Assembly: GCA_030428205.1 (NCBI GenBank)
Contig: JAUIBK010000001.1
Coordinates: forward strand, 199,966-263,965
DNA: 64,000 nucleotides
From: a bacterium
GTDB taxonomy: Bacteria > Bdellovibrionota_C > UBA2361 > RFPC01
Direction: 5' to 3'
Shown: in pieces, positions 34,798 to 44,801 of the stretch
How the letters are laid out: each line of letters opens with the position of its first letter
How positions within the stretch are numbered: position 1 is the stretch's first letter
Translations under genes and position numbers: made by a program
Notes under the pieces: model-generated
Seen by the model: the letters and a program-made list of their open reading frames with translations, nothing else
The model's database searches: none
Told to the model about the DNA's origin: nothing

Positions 34798-35208
34798 ATG
34801 GCTATTAAACCAAAGAAAGAAAAAATTAGCGCGCGACTTCGAAGGAAGTATCGTATTCGTAAGCGACTTTCTGGGACTGCTGATCGTCCACGTCTCTCGG
34901 TGTATCGTAGTGGCAAGTTTACCTATGCACAGGTTATTTCGGATCTGACTGGTGAGACCTTGGCTTCTGCGTCTACTCGAGACAAAGACGTGCTTGATGC
35001 TGTAGGAAAGATCGACAAGGAGGGTGTACATAGCGAAGCTTCTTCATCGAAGAGCGTTATTGCTGCTAAAGCCCTTGGACTCGTTGTCGCTCAAAAAGCG
35101 AAAGAGAAGAGTATCGAAAGTATCGTTTTTGATCGTAACGGTTACCTCTATCACGGACGTATTAAAGCTGTGGCAGATGGTGCTCGTGAAGGTGGACTAC
35201 AGTTCTAA
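34798..35208 (+). CDS. rplR: 50S ribosomal protein L18
   Basis: [23 protein letters not shown]. Confidence 0.98.
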   Translation: MAIKPKKEKISARLRRKYRIRKRLSGTADRPRLSVYRSGKFTYAQVISDLTGETLASASTRDKDVLDAVGKIDKEGVHSEASSSKSVIAAKALGLVVAQKAKEKSIESIVFDRNGYLYHGRIKAVADGAREGGLQF

Positions 35209-35232
35209 GAGTAAAGGTGACTGGAGAGGAAT

Positions 35233-35769
35233 ATGAAGTTTAAAGATAAAGTTCATGGTCGACGTGTTGCAACGGAGAACTGTGGAGAGCTTACAGACAA
35301 GACGGTTTTTATCAACCGTGTTGCAAAAGTAGTAAAGGGCGGACGTCGCTTTAGCTTTAGTGCTCTCGTTGTTTCTGGCGATGGTCAGGGACACGTTGGT
35401 TTTGGCCTTGGGAAGGCGAATGAAGTTCCTGAAGCTATTCGCAAAGCTTCTGAGACGGCGAGAAAAACTCTCGTTAAAGTCCCAATGCGTGGATCAACTG
35501 TTCCTCACGATGTGGTTGGAAAGTTTGGACCGAGCAAGATCGTTATTAAGCCAGCGCCTCCAGGGACTGGAGTTATCGCCGGTTCTGTTGTGCGTGCTGT
35601 GGTTGAAGCAGCTGGTATCCATGATATCCGCACGAAGTGTATCGGTTCAAACCGAGCACAGAATGTTATTCAAGCAACGATGAGTGGCTTGCTTGGACTT
35701 AAAGATCCAGAGGCATTCGCGCAAGAGCGTGGAGTTACTCTCGAGGAGATGGGTTATACACCTTACTAA
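35233..35769 (+). CDS. rpsE: 30S ribosomal protein S5
   Basis: [15 protein letters not shown]. Confidence 0.99.
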   Translation: MKFKDKVHGRRVATENCGELTDKTVFINRVAKVVKGGRRFSFSALVVSGDGQGHVGFGLGKANEVPEAIRKASETARKTLVKVPMRGSTVPHDVVGKFGPSKIVIKPAPPGTGVIAGSVVRAVVEAAGIHDIRTKCIGSNRAQNVIQATMSGLLGLKDPEAFAQERGVTLEEMGYTPY

Positions 35770-35804
35770 GAATCAGGTGTATGGCTACAAGAGGAGGAAA
35801 GACA

Positions 35805-36017
35805 ATGGCAGAGCAATCAAATAACGAAGCAGACGTAAAGCGCGTTCTTGTGCGTCAAATCCGTGGAGTACGAGGAAGAACAAAGCGAACCCGTGCGACT
35901 CTTGATGCGCTCGGACTCGGCCGAATTGGAAAAGAGAAAGAATTTGATGTGAATCCTGCGGTTGTAGGAATGATCCGCTCAGTTCGTCACCTTGTGGACG
36001 TTGAGAAGGTAGCTTAA
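35805..36017 (+). CDS. rpmD: 50S ribosomal protein L30
   Basis: TLDALGLGR, GMIRSVRHLV; AGGAGG RBS. Confidence 0.95.
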   Translation: MAEQSNNEADVKRVLVRQIRGVRGRTKRTRATLDALGLGRIGKEKEFDVNPAVVGMIRSVRHLVDVEKVA

Positions 36018-36036
36018 GGGATAAGAGAGAAGAACA

Positions 36037-36522
36037 ATGGAAAAGCAAGAATCTACATTAGAGCTCTGGTCACTTGCTCCTTCAAAAGGAGCCCGTACCA
36101 ACCGTAAGCGCCTCGGCCGTGGTGAAGCTTCAGGTGTTGGAAAGACCTGTGGAAAGGGAAACAAGGGGCAAAAATCTCGTGCCGGTGCTTCTATCCCAGC
36201 GTGGTTTGAAGGTGGACAGATGCCACTTTACCGTCGTATTGCAAAGATTGGCTTTCAGTCGCGTAAACGACTCCAAGGTATCAACCAGTATCGCATCGTT
36301 GATGTTACAGTGTTGAACGCTTTTGATGATGGCGCTGTTGTTGATGTTGAAACACTCAAGGCTATCGGCAAAGGCCCACGTGGCAATAAGCTTGCTGGTA
36401 TCAAGATTGTTGGTAACGGTGAAGTGACTAAAAAGCTTACCGTGAAAGTCCAAGCGGCAACGGCTGGAGCCAAGAAGGCTATTGAGGCTGCTGGTGGGAC
36501 GTTTGAGGCGGCTGAGAAGTAA
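36037..36522 (+). CDS. rplO: 50S ribosomal protein L15
   Basis: RLGRG, GQKSRAG, FEGGQMPLYRR. Confidence 0.98.
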   Translation: MEKQESTLELWSLAPSKGARTNRKRLGRGEASGVGKTCGKGNKGQKSRAGASIPAWFEGGQMPLYRRIAKIGFQSRKRLQGINQYRIVDVTVLNAFDDGAVVDVETLKAIGKGPRGNKLAGIKIVGNGEVTKKLTVKVQAATAGAKKAIEAAGGTFEAAEK

Positions 36523-36549
36523 TTCACGGTACTAAGCTGAAAAATTTTC

Positions 36550-36620
36550 TATAACGCGAAAGGGCGCGAAGAACACGGAGGAAATTGGCCTTTGTGGTCT
36601 TGGCGCCCTTTTGCGTTGTA
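36550..36620. repeat. 9-bp-periodic palindrome (TATAACGCG family)
   Basis: TATAACGCGAAAGGGCGC...GCGCCCTTTTGCGTTGTA. Confidence 0.75.
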
Positions 36621-36632
36621 TGGCATTTTTTT

Positions 36633-36799
36633 AGGCGGAGGCTGATACCAAGAATAAGGCCAAAGCGAAGATATAGGCAAAGGCTGAGGCTGATATAAAG
36701 ACTACGAGCTAGGGGAATCTATTTCCTTAGCCCCAGCCCTTGTCTCAGTCTTGGTCTATATCTTCGCTTTGGCCTTATTCTTGGTATCAGCCTCCGCCT
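36633..36799. mobile_element. MITE-like hexamer-periodic palindrome with 44-bp perfect arms
   Basis: 36633-36676 is the exact reverse complement of 36756-36799. Confidence 0.85.
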
Positions 36800-36933
36800 T
36801 TGCCTAAGACACCAAAGAAATCTTGCCCTCGTGCTGCTTTTGAGTTTTTTACCTTCCCCTTTCATTCTTCGCCGATGCAGAGTAGTCTAAGAACCCATAT
36901 TTATACCTAAGCTTCATAGGAGAAAGTACTGAG

Positions 36934-38274
36934 ATGTTAGGTGGACTAGGTGATGTCGGGAAAATTCCTGAACTACGAAAGCGTATTTTTTTTACGATTG
37001 CACTTCTTGCAGTCTATCGCTTAGGGATCTTTGTTTCTACTCCCGGAATTGATGTTGAAGCGCTTCGTAACCTATTTGATACAAGCGAAGGCACACTCTT
37101 TGGGATGATTAACATGTTTTCCGGAGGGGCGTTTGAGCAGTTCTCAATCTTTACCCTCGGTATCATGCCGTACATTAGTGTTTCTATTATTATTCAGGTT
37201 CTGACTCCTGCTCTTCCAGCGCTCGAAGCGCTCAAGAAGGAGGGCGAGGCTGGAAGACGCATCCTTACTCGTTATACCCGTCAGGGAACGGTTATCCTTG
37301 CACTTTTTCAAGCCTTTTTTATCTCAGCTGGTCTCGAAAGCCAGGGACTTGTTCTTAATCCTGGTTGGGCTTTTCGTGTTTCAACAATGTTGACGCTCAC
37401 AGCTGGGACCGCGTTTATCATGTGGTTAGGTGAGCAGATAACAGAGAAAGGTATTGGAAATGGAATTAGTATTATCATCTTTGCTGGTATCGTAGCTCGT
37501 ATGCCAGAGGTTCTCTACTATACTGTTGACCTTACTCGCTCTGGTGAGATTCAGCCTCTCGTGATGCTTATGCTCCTCCTTTTCTGCTTAGCAACAATTG
37601 CAGCAATTGTTTTTGTTGAGCGTTCACACCGCAAGATTCCTGTGCAGTACCCACGCCGTATGGTTGGAAACAACATGGCTCAAGCGCAAACACAGTATAT
37701 GCCACTCAAAGTCAATATGGCTGGAGTTATCCCTCCTATTTTTGCCTCAGCCTTCCTCGTTGTGCCGGCAACACTTGGCTCGTTTACCAGCAGTGAAGTG
37801 CTTCAAGACCTTATGGTCTATCTTACTCCAGGGACAGCAAGTTACTCTATTATCTTTGTCGCACTGATTATTATGTTCACCTTCTTCTATGTTCCTATTA
37901 TCTTTAATCCAGAAGAAGTGGCAGAGAATCTCAAGAAGAATGGTGGCTTTGTTCCTACTGTGCGACCAGGAAAACCAACAGCTGATTTCCTCTACAAAGT
38001 GCTCAACCGAATTACGCTTTGGGGCTCAATCTACATCGCAGCTATCTGTATCATTCCGCAGCTTTTCTATTTTGAAATGGGCGCTGAGAGTTTTGCTTAT
38101 GTTTTTGGTGGAACAGCGGTACTCATTGTTGTTGGTGTAACGCTTGATACGGCGTCGCAAATTGAATCTTTTGTTGTTAGCCGAAACTATGAAGCGTTCA
38201 TGAGTCGAAGTACGAAAAAGAAAGGCGGCATCGGTTCGATGAGTTATTCTCGAAGCCGACTCCTTCGTCGTTAA
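36934..38274 (+). CDS. secY: Preprotein translocase subunit SecY
   Basis: FSIFTLGIMPYIS, WLGEQITEKGIGNG, AGVIPPIFAS. Confidence 0.99.
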   Translation: MLGGLGDVGKIPELRKRIFFTIALLAVYRLGIFVSTPGIDVEALRNLFDTSEGTLFGMINMFSGGAFEQFSIFTLGIMPYISVSIIIQVLTPALPALEALKKEGEAGRRILTRYTRQGTVILALFQAFFISAGLESQGLVLNPGWAFRVSTMLTLTAGTAFIMWLGEQITEKGIGNGISIIIFAGIVARMPEVLYYTVDLTRSGEIQPLVMLMLLLFCLATIAAIVFVERSHRKIPVQYPRRMVGNNMAQAQTQYMPLKVNMAGVIPPIFASAFLVVPATLGSFTSSEVLQDLMVYLTPGTASYSIIFVALIIMFTFFYVPIIFNPEEVAENLKKNGGFVPTVRPGKPTADFLYKVLNRITLWGSIYIAAICIIPQLFYFEMGAESFAYVFGGTAVLIVVGVTLDTASQIESFVVSRNYEAFMSRSTKKKGGIGSMSYSRSRLLRR

Positions 38275-38303
38275 TCACATTCACAAAACAAGGAGATCTA
38301 CCT

Positions 38304-38882
38304 ATGGAACGTATCGTTATCTTAGGGCCTCCAGGGGCTGGCAAAGGAACACAAGCACTCCTTCTCTGTGAGAAGTTAGGAGTACCTCATATCTCAACCG
38401 GTGAGATCCTGCGAAACGCTGTCAGCAATGAGACCAAGCTTGGACTTGAAGCAAAACAGTATATGGATCGAGGTGAGCTTGTTCCTGATGAAGTGGTGAT
38501 TGGACTAGTGCGCGAGCGACTCTCTGAGCCTGATTGTGACACCGGTTACCTCCTTGACGGATTTCCACGTACTCTTGAGCAAGCAAAAGAGCTTGATGTG
38601 ATTCTCAAAGAGATCGGCAAAGAGGTGACGGTGGTGCTTGAACTTCAGGTTCCTGAGCAGGCATTACTTGATCGCATCAAGAATCGTGCAGCCGAAGGCT
38701 CTGGCCGAAGTGACGATAACGTGGAAGTTGCCTCAAACCGCCTCCGAGTCTACTGGGAGCAAACAGCACCGGTGACGGCGTACTATGAAGAGCACCTTTC
38801 GGTTGAGAAGGTCGACGGAATTGGAACCGTTGAAGAGGTTACCCAGCGAATAGCCGAGGTGTTTGAGGAGTCTAGCTCGTAA
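38304..38882 (+). CDS. adk: Adenylate kinase (short-lid type)
   Basis: GPPGAGKGTQA, LLDGFPRT, GRSDDN. Confidence 0.98.
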   Translation: MERIVILGPPGAGKGTQALLLCEKLGVPHISTGEILRNAVSNETKLGLEAKQYMDRGELVPDEVVIGLVRERLSEPDCDTGYLLDGFPRTLEQAKELDVILKEIGKEVTVVLELQVPEQALLDRIKNRAAEGSGRSDDNVEVASNRLRVYWEQTAPVTAYYEEHLSVEKVDGIGTVEEVTQRIAEVFEESSS

Positions 38883-38955
38883 CATCCTTAAAATACTGTA
38901 TAATTTTAGGGGTTGCGTCTTGTCGGATTTCTCTCATTTTTCTTCTGGGCACAGG

Positions 38956-38984
38956 TTGAGATCATACGAGAATCGTTGTAAGAT
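38956..38984 (+). promoter_or_regulatory. Putative sigma70 promoter of the rpmJ-rpsM-alpha operon
   Basis: TTGAGA-N17-TAAGAT. Confidence 0.55.
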
Positions 38985-39301
38985 GCCTGCCCTTAGCCCC
39001 TGGAAAAAGAACAGTCTTTTCAGGTTGATAGGCTGAGTTACGAAGCACTCGTTAGAATGTCGCAAAAAATTTTCTGCATTGCAGAAATTTTATTGCCTCG
39101 CGTAGTCGCAAGAGAAGCATTGCGTCGAAGTTGATATGTGAAGTTTACGGGCACATACACTTTGAATACGGTGTGTTTTTTCATTCTACGTTGAATGTTG
39201 AGTTATGAGCGAGATTGTTCTTTCGCTAGATATTCTGCGGGAGTGTGTTTTGCGGGAGTTTGTTGAAAGATGCCCGTTATTTTTTTTAGGAGCGTGAAGC
39301 T

Positions 39302-39418
39302 ATGAAAGTAAGAGCATCGGTAAAACCAATTTGCGCATATTGTCGTGTTGTTCGTCGTAAAGGACGTGTGTTTGTTATCTGTAAGAGAACACCAAAACAC
39401 AAACAGCGACAAGGATAA
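39302..39418 (+). CDS. rpmJ: 50S ribosomal protein L36 (below the ORF-track cut-off)
   Basis: Manual translation [38 protein letters not shown]; AGGAG RBS. Confidence 0.98.
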   Translation: MKVRASVKPICAYCRVVRRKGRVFVICKRTPKHKQRQG

Positions 39419-39484
39419 ATTTTTTAGTTTGTGAAGCTCCTCCTCGGTGAGAAGAGAGTTTCAAATTTTTAGGAATAGAGAGAA

Positions 39485-39868
39485 ATGCCTCGTATTGCTG
39501 GAGTTGACCTTCCTCGAAATAAGCGTGTTATTCGCGGACTGACGTACATTTATGGCATCGGTTTAACGAAGTCTCGTAAGATTCTTGCGGAAGCTGGAGT
39601 AGAAGAGAGTGTTCGCACCGATGCTCTTTCAGCTGATCAAGTTGCTCGTATCCGAAACATCATCGAGTCGCGTGAGCAAGTGGAAGGGGATCTCCGTCGT
39701 GAACGTCAGATGGCTATTAAACGACTCATGGATCTCGGTTGCTACCGTGGCCTTCGTCACCGACGTAATTTACCTTCTCGAGGGCAGCGTACAAAGACTA
39801 ATGCGCGTACTCGAAAAGGACCACGTCGTATGGCTGTTGCCGGTAAGAAGAAGGCAACGAAGAAATAG
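39485..39868 (+). CDS. rpsM: 30S ribosomal protein S13
   Basis: [22 protein letters not shown]. Confidence 0.99.
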   Translation: MPRIAGVDLPRNKRVIRGLTYIYGIGLTKSRKILAEAGVEESVRTDALSADQVARIRNIIESREQVEGDLRRERQMAIKRLMDLGCYRGLRHRRNLPSRGQRTKTNARTRKGPRRMAVAGKKKATKK

Positions 39869-39915
39869 TTTGTGATTGGTGATTAACGAATAGTTCAATT
39901 TTTGGAGGAACTGTT

Positions 39916-40305
39916 TTGGCTCAAGCTCGTACTTCTCGAAAGAAGAAGGTAAAAAAGAATGTCCCTGTGGGAGTGGCGCACATTCACGCGACTTTTAATA
40001 ACACAATCGTTACCATAACTGACCCAACAGGCGGTGTGGTTTCGTGGTCATCTGCTGGCTGTAATGGCTTTAAGGGGTCGCGTAAGTCTACTCCGTTTGC
40101 CGCGCAGGTTGCTGGTGAGCAAGCGGCTCAAAAAGCACGCGACATGGGTATGCGCACTGTGAGTGTTATGGTCAAAGGGCCAGGCTCTGGACGGGAATCT
40201 GCTCTTCGCGCACTTGCGTCAAAGGGCCTCAACATTTCAGTGATTAAAGATGTTACGCCGGTGCCTCACAATGGGTGCCGTCCGCGTAAGAGTCGACGAG
40301 TATAA
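39916..40305 (+). CDS. rpsK: 30S ribosomal protein S11 (TTG start)
   Basis: [25 protein letters not shown]. Confidence 0.99.
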   Translation: MAQARTSRKKKVKKNVPVGVAHIHATFNNTIVTITDPTGGVVSWSSAGCNGFKGSRKSTPFAAQVAGEQAAQKARDMGMRTVSVMVKGPGSGRESALRALASKGLNISVIKDVTPVPHNGCRPRKSRRV

Positions 40306-40326
40306 AGACGGGAAGAAAGAGGAAGT

Positions 40327-40953
40327 ATGGCTAAGTATACTGGACCAGTTTGTCGGTTATGCCGCAGAGAAGGCGAAAAGCTTTTCTTAAAAGGTGAGCG
40401 TTGCTTTACAAGTAAGTGCTCTGTTGAGCGTCGAGAAGGTGCACCGGGGCAACACGGTCGTGGGCGTCAGTCACGCTCTGACTACAAAATTCAGCTCCGC
40501 GCTAAGCAGAAGGTTCGTCGTTCTTACGGTGTTCTTGAGCGCAAGTTCCGCGAGTACTTCCAGAAAGCTGCCAAAACAAAAGGCGTGACCGGTACTGAGC
40601 TTTTGATCAACCTTGAGCGTCGTCTTGATAACGTCGTGTACCGTCTCGGTTTTGGCTCATCACGAGCTCATGCTCGTCAAGTCGTTGGTCACGGACACAT
40701 CCGTGTAAACGGTAAACGCGTGAATATTCCTTCTTTCGCTGTTTCTATTGGTGATGTTGTTGAAGTTGCTGATGGTGCACGAAACGATGTGAGCATTGTG
40801 GGAGCTATGGCGGCTGGTGAAGCTCGTAGCATCCCTGAGTGGTTAACCCTCGAGCGAAACGCATTTCGTGGAACGGTAACGGCATATCCTACTCGGGAGC
40901 AGATGCCGCAATCGTACCAAGAGCAGCTTATTGTGGAATTGTACTCGAAATAA
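40327..40953 (+). CDS. rpsD: 30S ribosomal protein S4
   Basis: CRLCRREG, LERRLDNVVYRLG, LIVELYSK. Confidence 0.99.
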   Translation: MAKYTGPVCRLCRREGEKLFLKGERCFTSKCSVERREGAPGQHGRGRQSRSDYKIQLRAKQKVRRSYGVLERKFREYFQKAAKTKGVTGTELLINLERRLDNVVYRLGFGSSRAHARQVVGHGHIRVNGKRVNIPSFAVSIGDVVEVADGARNDVSIVGAMAAGEARSIPEWLTLERNAFRGTVTAYPTREQMPQSYQEQLIVELYSK

Positions 40954-41021
40954 CATTTCGTAGGTACGTTGGAGTTTTTGGTCTATCAGGTATCTTTTTC
41001 AGTAACTAAAGAGGGACGTTC

Positions 41022-42041
41022 ATGAAGCGAATTAATTTGCGAGATCTCATCAAGCCCAAGAGAGTAGAGCTCGAGAATAACACACTCGACGATCGCTATG
41101 GGAAGTTTGTTGCTGAGCCGCTTGAGCGCGGATTCGGTCTAACAATTGGTAACGGTCTACGCCGTATTCTTCTTTCATCGCTTCAGGGTGCTGCTATCAC
41201 CTCGTTGCGTATTGAGGGAGTCATGCACGAGTTCTCAACGATCTCTGGTGTCGCAGAAGATGTGACTGATATTGTACTCAACCTCAAAAATGTTGTTCCT
41301 CGTATGGAAGAAAAAGACGAGGCGCATCTTACTATTGATGCTACTGGCCCATGTGAAGTGACGGCTGGTATGATCTCTGGGGACCCTGGTGTTGAAATCC
41401 TCAACCCTGAGTTACACATTGCTACTCTTGGTGAAAACGCTACGCTCAAAATGGAGCTCACCATTAAGTCTGGTCGTGGATATGTTACGGCTGATAAGAA
41501 CAAGATTGAAGGTGCTCCGGTTGGAACCATCTTTATCGATTCTATTTTCTCTCCTATTCGTCGAGTAAACCACAACGTGACAAATGCTCGTGTTGGTCAG
41601 CGTACAGACTACGACAAGCTCACTATGGAGATCTGGACAGACGGCAGCATCGATGCTCGTTCTGCTGTGGCTCAAGCCGCTCACATCCTCGTTGATCAAC
41701 TCAACCTCTTTGTTGGAGAAGGTTTTGTTGTCGAAGAAGAGGAGCCAGTTGAAGAAGAACCGAAGAAGCAGCTCAACGAAAACCTCTTTCGTCGTATTGA
41801 GGAGATTGAGCTTAGTGTTCGAAGTGCAAACTGTCTTGAGAATGCTGATATCAAGTATATTGGTGAGCTTGTTTCGAAGACAGAAGCGGAGATGCTCCGT
41901 ACGAAGAATTTTGGTCGTAAGTCTCTTAACGAGATTAAAGAGATTCTCTCTGAGATGGGACTTGCTCTTGGCTTAAAGCTGGAAGATTTTCCTACGAGAG
42001 AAGAGCTCGACCGTATGCACCGAGAGGTGGTCGAACAGTAA
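41022..42041 (+). CDS. rpoA: DNA-directed RNA polymerase subunit alpha
   Basis: [27 protein letters not shown]. Confidence 0.99.
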   Translation: MKRINLRDLIKPKRVELENNTLDDRYGKFVAEPLERGFGLTIGNGLRRILLSSLQGAAITSLRIEGVMHEFSTISGVAEDVTDIVLNLKNVVPRMEEKDEAHLTIDATGPCEVTAGMISGDPGVEILNPELHIATLGENATLKMELTIKSGRGYVTADKNKIEGAPVGTIFIDSIFSPIRRVNHNVTNARVGQRTDYDKLTMEIWTDGSIDARSAVAQAAHILVDQLNLFVGEGFVVEEEEPVEEEPKKQLNENLFRRIEEIELSVRSANCLENADIKYIGELVSKTEAEMLRTKNFGRKSLNEIKEILSEMGLALGLKLEDFPTREELDRMHREVVEQ

Positions 42042-42108
42042 GTTGTTCGGATGATTAGCAAGGCTCGTTCCACGTGATGTATCGTGAGGACAGTATCGGG
42101 AGGATGTA

Positions 42109-42618
42109 ATGAGACATCAAAAAGCGGGAAGAAAATTTGGCAGAACACCGGCACATAGGAAAGCTATGTTCCGTAATCTTGCTACATCTCTTTTTGAGCA
42201 CGAAAAAATTGAAACGACTTTAGCGAAAGCTAAGGATCTCCGTCGGGTATCTGAGAGGCTTATTACGCTTGCTGGTGAGGACACCGTTCACCACCGCCGA
42301 CAAGCATATGGATATCTCACCAAGAAGAGTGTTGTACATAAACTCTTTGCTGAGATTGGCCCTCGCTTTAAAGAACGTCCTGGTGGTTACACCCGTGTTA
42401 TCCGTACGCGTCGTCGTGCTGGTGATACTGCTGAGATGGCTATGATTGAGCTTGTTCCTGAAGAGTTCAAGCCTAAGAGCAAGTCATCAAAGAAAAAGGC
42501 TGGCTCAAAAGCAAAAGCGCCTGCCAAGAAAGCAGCAGCAAAAAAGAAAGCTGAGCCTGCCAAAGAGAAAGCGAAAGAAGAGGTCGTGGAAGCTAAGGCG
42601 GAAGAGACTGCAGAGTAA
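42109..42618 (+). CDS. rplQ: 50S ribosomal protein L17 with Lys/Ala/Glu-rich tail
   Basis: [19 protein letters not shown]. Confidence 0.98.
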   Translation: MRHQKAGRKFGRTPAHRKAMFRNLATSLFEHEKIETTLAKAKDLRRVSERLITLAGEDTVHHRRQAYGYLTKKSVVHKLFAEIGPRFKERPGGYTRVIRTRRRAGDTAEMAMIELVPEEFKPKSKSSKKKAGSKAKAPAKKAAAKKKAEPAKEKAKEEVVEAKAEETAE

Positions 42619-42654
42619 GTTTCCTACTGCTGTTTTTCGTAACAGTGACGTAAC

Positions 42655-42692
42655 AAACGCCCATTGGGATTTTTCTCGGTGGGCGTTTTTTT
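42655..42692 (+). terminator. Intrinsic terminator after rplQ
   Basis: AAACGCCCATTGGGA...TCTCGGTGGGCGTTTTTTT. Confidence 0.85.
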
Positions 42693-42718
42693 GTGGAGGA
42701 GCGAGCAGAGCTTTTTTA

Positions 42719-42884
42719 CCTAGGCTGATGCCAAGAATAAGACTAAAGCGAAGATATAGGCCAAGGTAGAGGCTGAGATAAAGACCAAGAGCTACGAGAG
42801 TCTCTTTCTTAGGCTTAGCCTCAGCCTGCGCCTCAGTCCTAGTCTATATCTTCGCTTTAGTCTTATTCTTGGCATCAGCCTAGG
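42719..42884. mobile_element. MITE-like hexamer-periodic palindrome with 41-bp perfect arms
   Basis: 42719-42759 is the exact reverse complement of 42844-42884; homologous to 36633-36799. Confidence 0.85.
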
Positions 42885-43016
42885 CCTCTTAAGGATTAGG
42901 TCAGGATGAAGGTTAAAGTCAGGGTTAAGACGTAAGACTTTTTTGGGCAACTCTTTAGTTTTTTCTCGAAAAAAGCCAATATATAGCTTACTTATTCATC
43001 AAGGAGCATAGATACC

Positions 43017-43784
43017 ATGGGTATGTTTGAAGGAAAGAAGATTCTTATTTTGGGCGTTGCCAATAAGAAGAGTATCGCTTGGGCAGTGGCTCAGGCGCTC
43101 AAAAATGAGGGTGCTACCCTTGCCATGACTTACATGAACGAGGCCATCGAGAAGAGACTCCGCCCGTTAGCAGAAGAGCTCGGTGTGACCGATGTGTTGC
43201 CGTGTGATGTTCAATCTGATGAAGAGATTGATAACCTCTTTACTGAGCTTGAGAGCCGTTGGGGGACAATGGACGGATTGGTTCACTCAGTAGCCTTTGC
43301 CGATAAAGATGATCTTGCAAAGCCTTTCTCCGAAGCTTCACGTGAAGGATTTAAACTTGCTCTTGATATCTCTGCGTACTCGTTTGTGGCACTTGCTGGG
43401 AGAGCCAAGAAGCTTATGAAAGATGGTGGCTCTATGGTCACGATGTCTTATCTCGGAGCTGAGAGAGCTGTTGATAACTATAATGTGATGGGTGTGGCAA
43501 AGGCTGCCCTTGAGTCAAGTGTGCGCTACTTGGCCGCCGATCTCGGTTCTCAAAACATCCGTGTGAATGCTGTTTCTGCTGGGCCTATTAAAACACTTGC
43601 TGCCTCTGGTATTCCTCAATTTAAGCAGCTCCTCGCTAACTTTGCTGCGAAAGCACCCCTTCAACGAAATACCGAGGCAGAAGACGTTGCTGGAGCAACT
43701 CTCTTTCTCTTGAGTTCTCTTGGCTCTGGTGTGACTGGAGAAACAACGTACGTTGACTGTGGCTTTAACATTATGGGCGTGTAG
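43017..43784 (+). CDS. fabI: Enoyl-ACP reductase
   Basis: GVANKKSIAW, YNVMGVAKAALE, SAGPIKTLAA. Confidence 0.97.
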   Translation: MGMFEGKKILILGVANKKSIAWAVAQALKNEGATLAMTYMNEAIEKRLRPLAEELGVTDVLPCDVQSDEEIDNLFTELESRWGTMDGLVHSVAFADKDDLAKPFSEASREGFKLALDISAYSFVALAGRAKKLMKDGGSMVTMSYLGAERAVDNYNVMGVAKAALESSVRYLAADLGSQNIRVNAVSAGPIKTLAASGIPQFKQLLANFAAKAPLQRNTEAEDVAGATLFLLSSLGSGVTGETTYVDCGFNIMGV

Positions 43785-44144
43785 ATGTCTTCTCGTGTTG
43801 GGATAGGTGATCTCATAGAGCTTGCTGAGATAGCCCTTGCTGAAGGTGCTGATATCGATGAGCTTATCTCGCACATTGAGGCCTATTCAGCTGCCTTTCA
43901 CCCTTGGTACGAAGAGCATAAAGAGACTTTTGAGCAGGGAACAGAGAGTAGTGGGCCCGTCGTTGATCGTGATGACCTCGAGCGCTTACTCAAACTCCAC
44001 ACCGAAGTTCTTGGCAAAGCCGAATTACTTCAACAAGGCACCTCAAACGATTTAATGGCTCTTCGAGGACGTCGAAAGGGAATGATGGCCTACATCGATA
44101 TTCTACCAAAGCGATTGAGCACGAGGAGAACGAGAAAGGGATAG
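43785..44144 (+). CDS. Hypothetical helical protein (weak FliT/FlgN-like C-terminus)
   Basis: 119-aa ORF abutting fabI; the family guess is weak. Confidence 0.65.
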   Translation: MSSRVGIGDLIELAEIALAEGADIDELISHIEAYSAAFHPWYEEHKETFEQGTESSGPVVDRDDLERLLKLHTEVLGKAELLQQGTSNDLMALRGRRKGMMAYIDILPKRLSTRRTRKG

Positions 44145-44198
44145 CGCATGATGAGATTCCTCGGTAATCTTTTACTACCCATTTTCGGAGAAATTTAT

Positions 44199-44789
44199 AT
44201 GGCGTTTCGATTGTTTCTAATTCTCAGTCTTACTCTTTATGTTACTGGCTGCGGCTATGGTTTTCGTGGGAGTGAGAGTGCGTTGCCACCTGACGTGACA
44301 AAAGTATACGTCTCTAAAGCACAAAACAATACGGCCCAAGCTGGTGTAGATAGGCTTGTAACCGAAGCTCTTCGTGACGAATTTGAACGGTACGGAACAC
44401 TCACTGTTGTTGAAAGCCGAAGTGAGGCGGATGCTGAGCTCCGTTCAAAAATTGTGACTATTAAGCGAGAAACACGAACGGTAACATCCGGTACAGATAC
44501 CGCGCTTCAGCTTGCGACGGTAATGACGGTTGCAGCTGACCTGCGACGTACAACGGGTCCTCTCCTCTGGAAAAATGAGAACATGGAGGTGATGAAAATT
44601 TTTGGGGCTGAGAGTGGAGTGGTTGTAACTTCTTCTCCTGAATTTGCTTCTGGAAATCTTGGCTCTTCGGATCTTGCTAACTTGGACTCTGTAGAGGTGA
44701 CTCGCGGACAAGAAAAGCAGGCTCTTGAAGATTTATCAGAAATTCTTGCACAGCGGGTATATGCCGCTGCGGTATTGCCAGAATTCTAG
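44199..44789 (+). CDS. lptE: LPS assembly lipoprotein, LptE family
   Basis: Lipobox VTGC followed by GYGFRG...LPPDV; typical size; near rpsT. Confidence 0.8.
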   Translation: MAFRLFLILSLTLYVTGCGYGFRGSESALPPDVTKVYVSKAQNNTAQAGVDRLVTEALRDEFERYGTLTVVESRSEADAELRSKIVTIKRETRTVTSGTDTALQLATVMTVAADLRRTTGPLLWKNENMEVMKIFGAESGVVVTSSPEFASGNLGSSDLANLDSVEVTRGQEKQALEDLSEILAQRVYAAAVLPEF

Positions 44790-44801
44790 TTTTCCTTCCC
44801 T

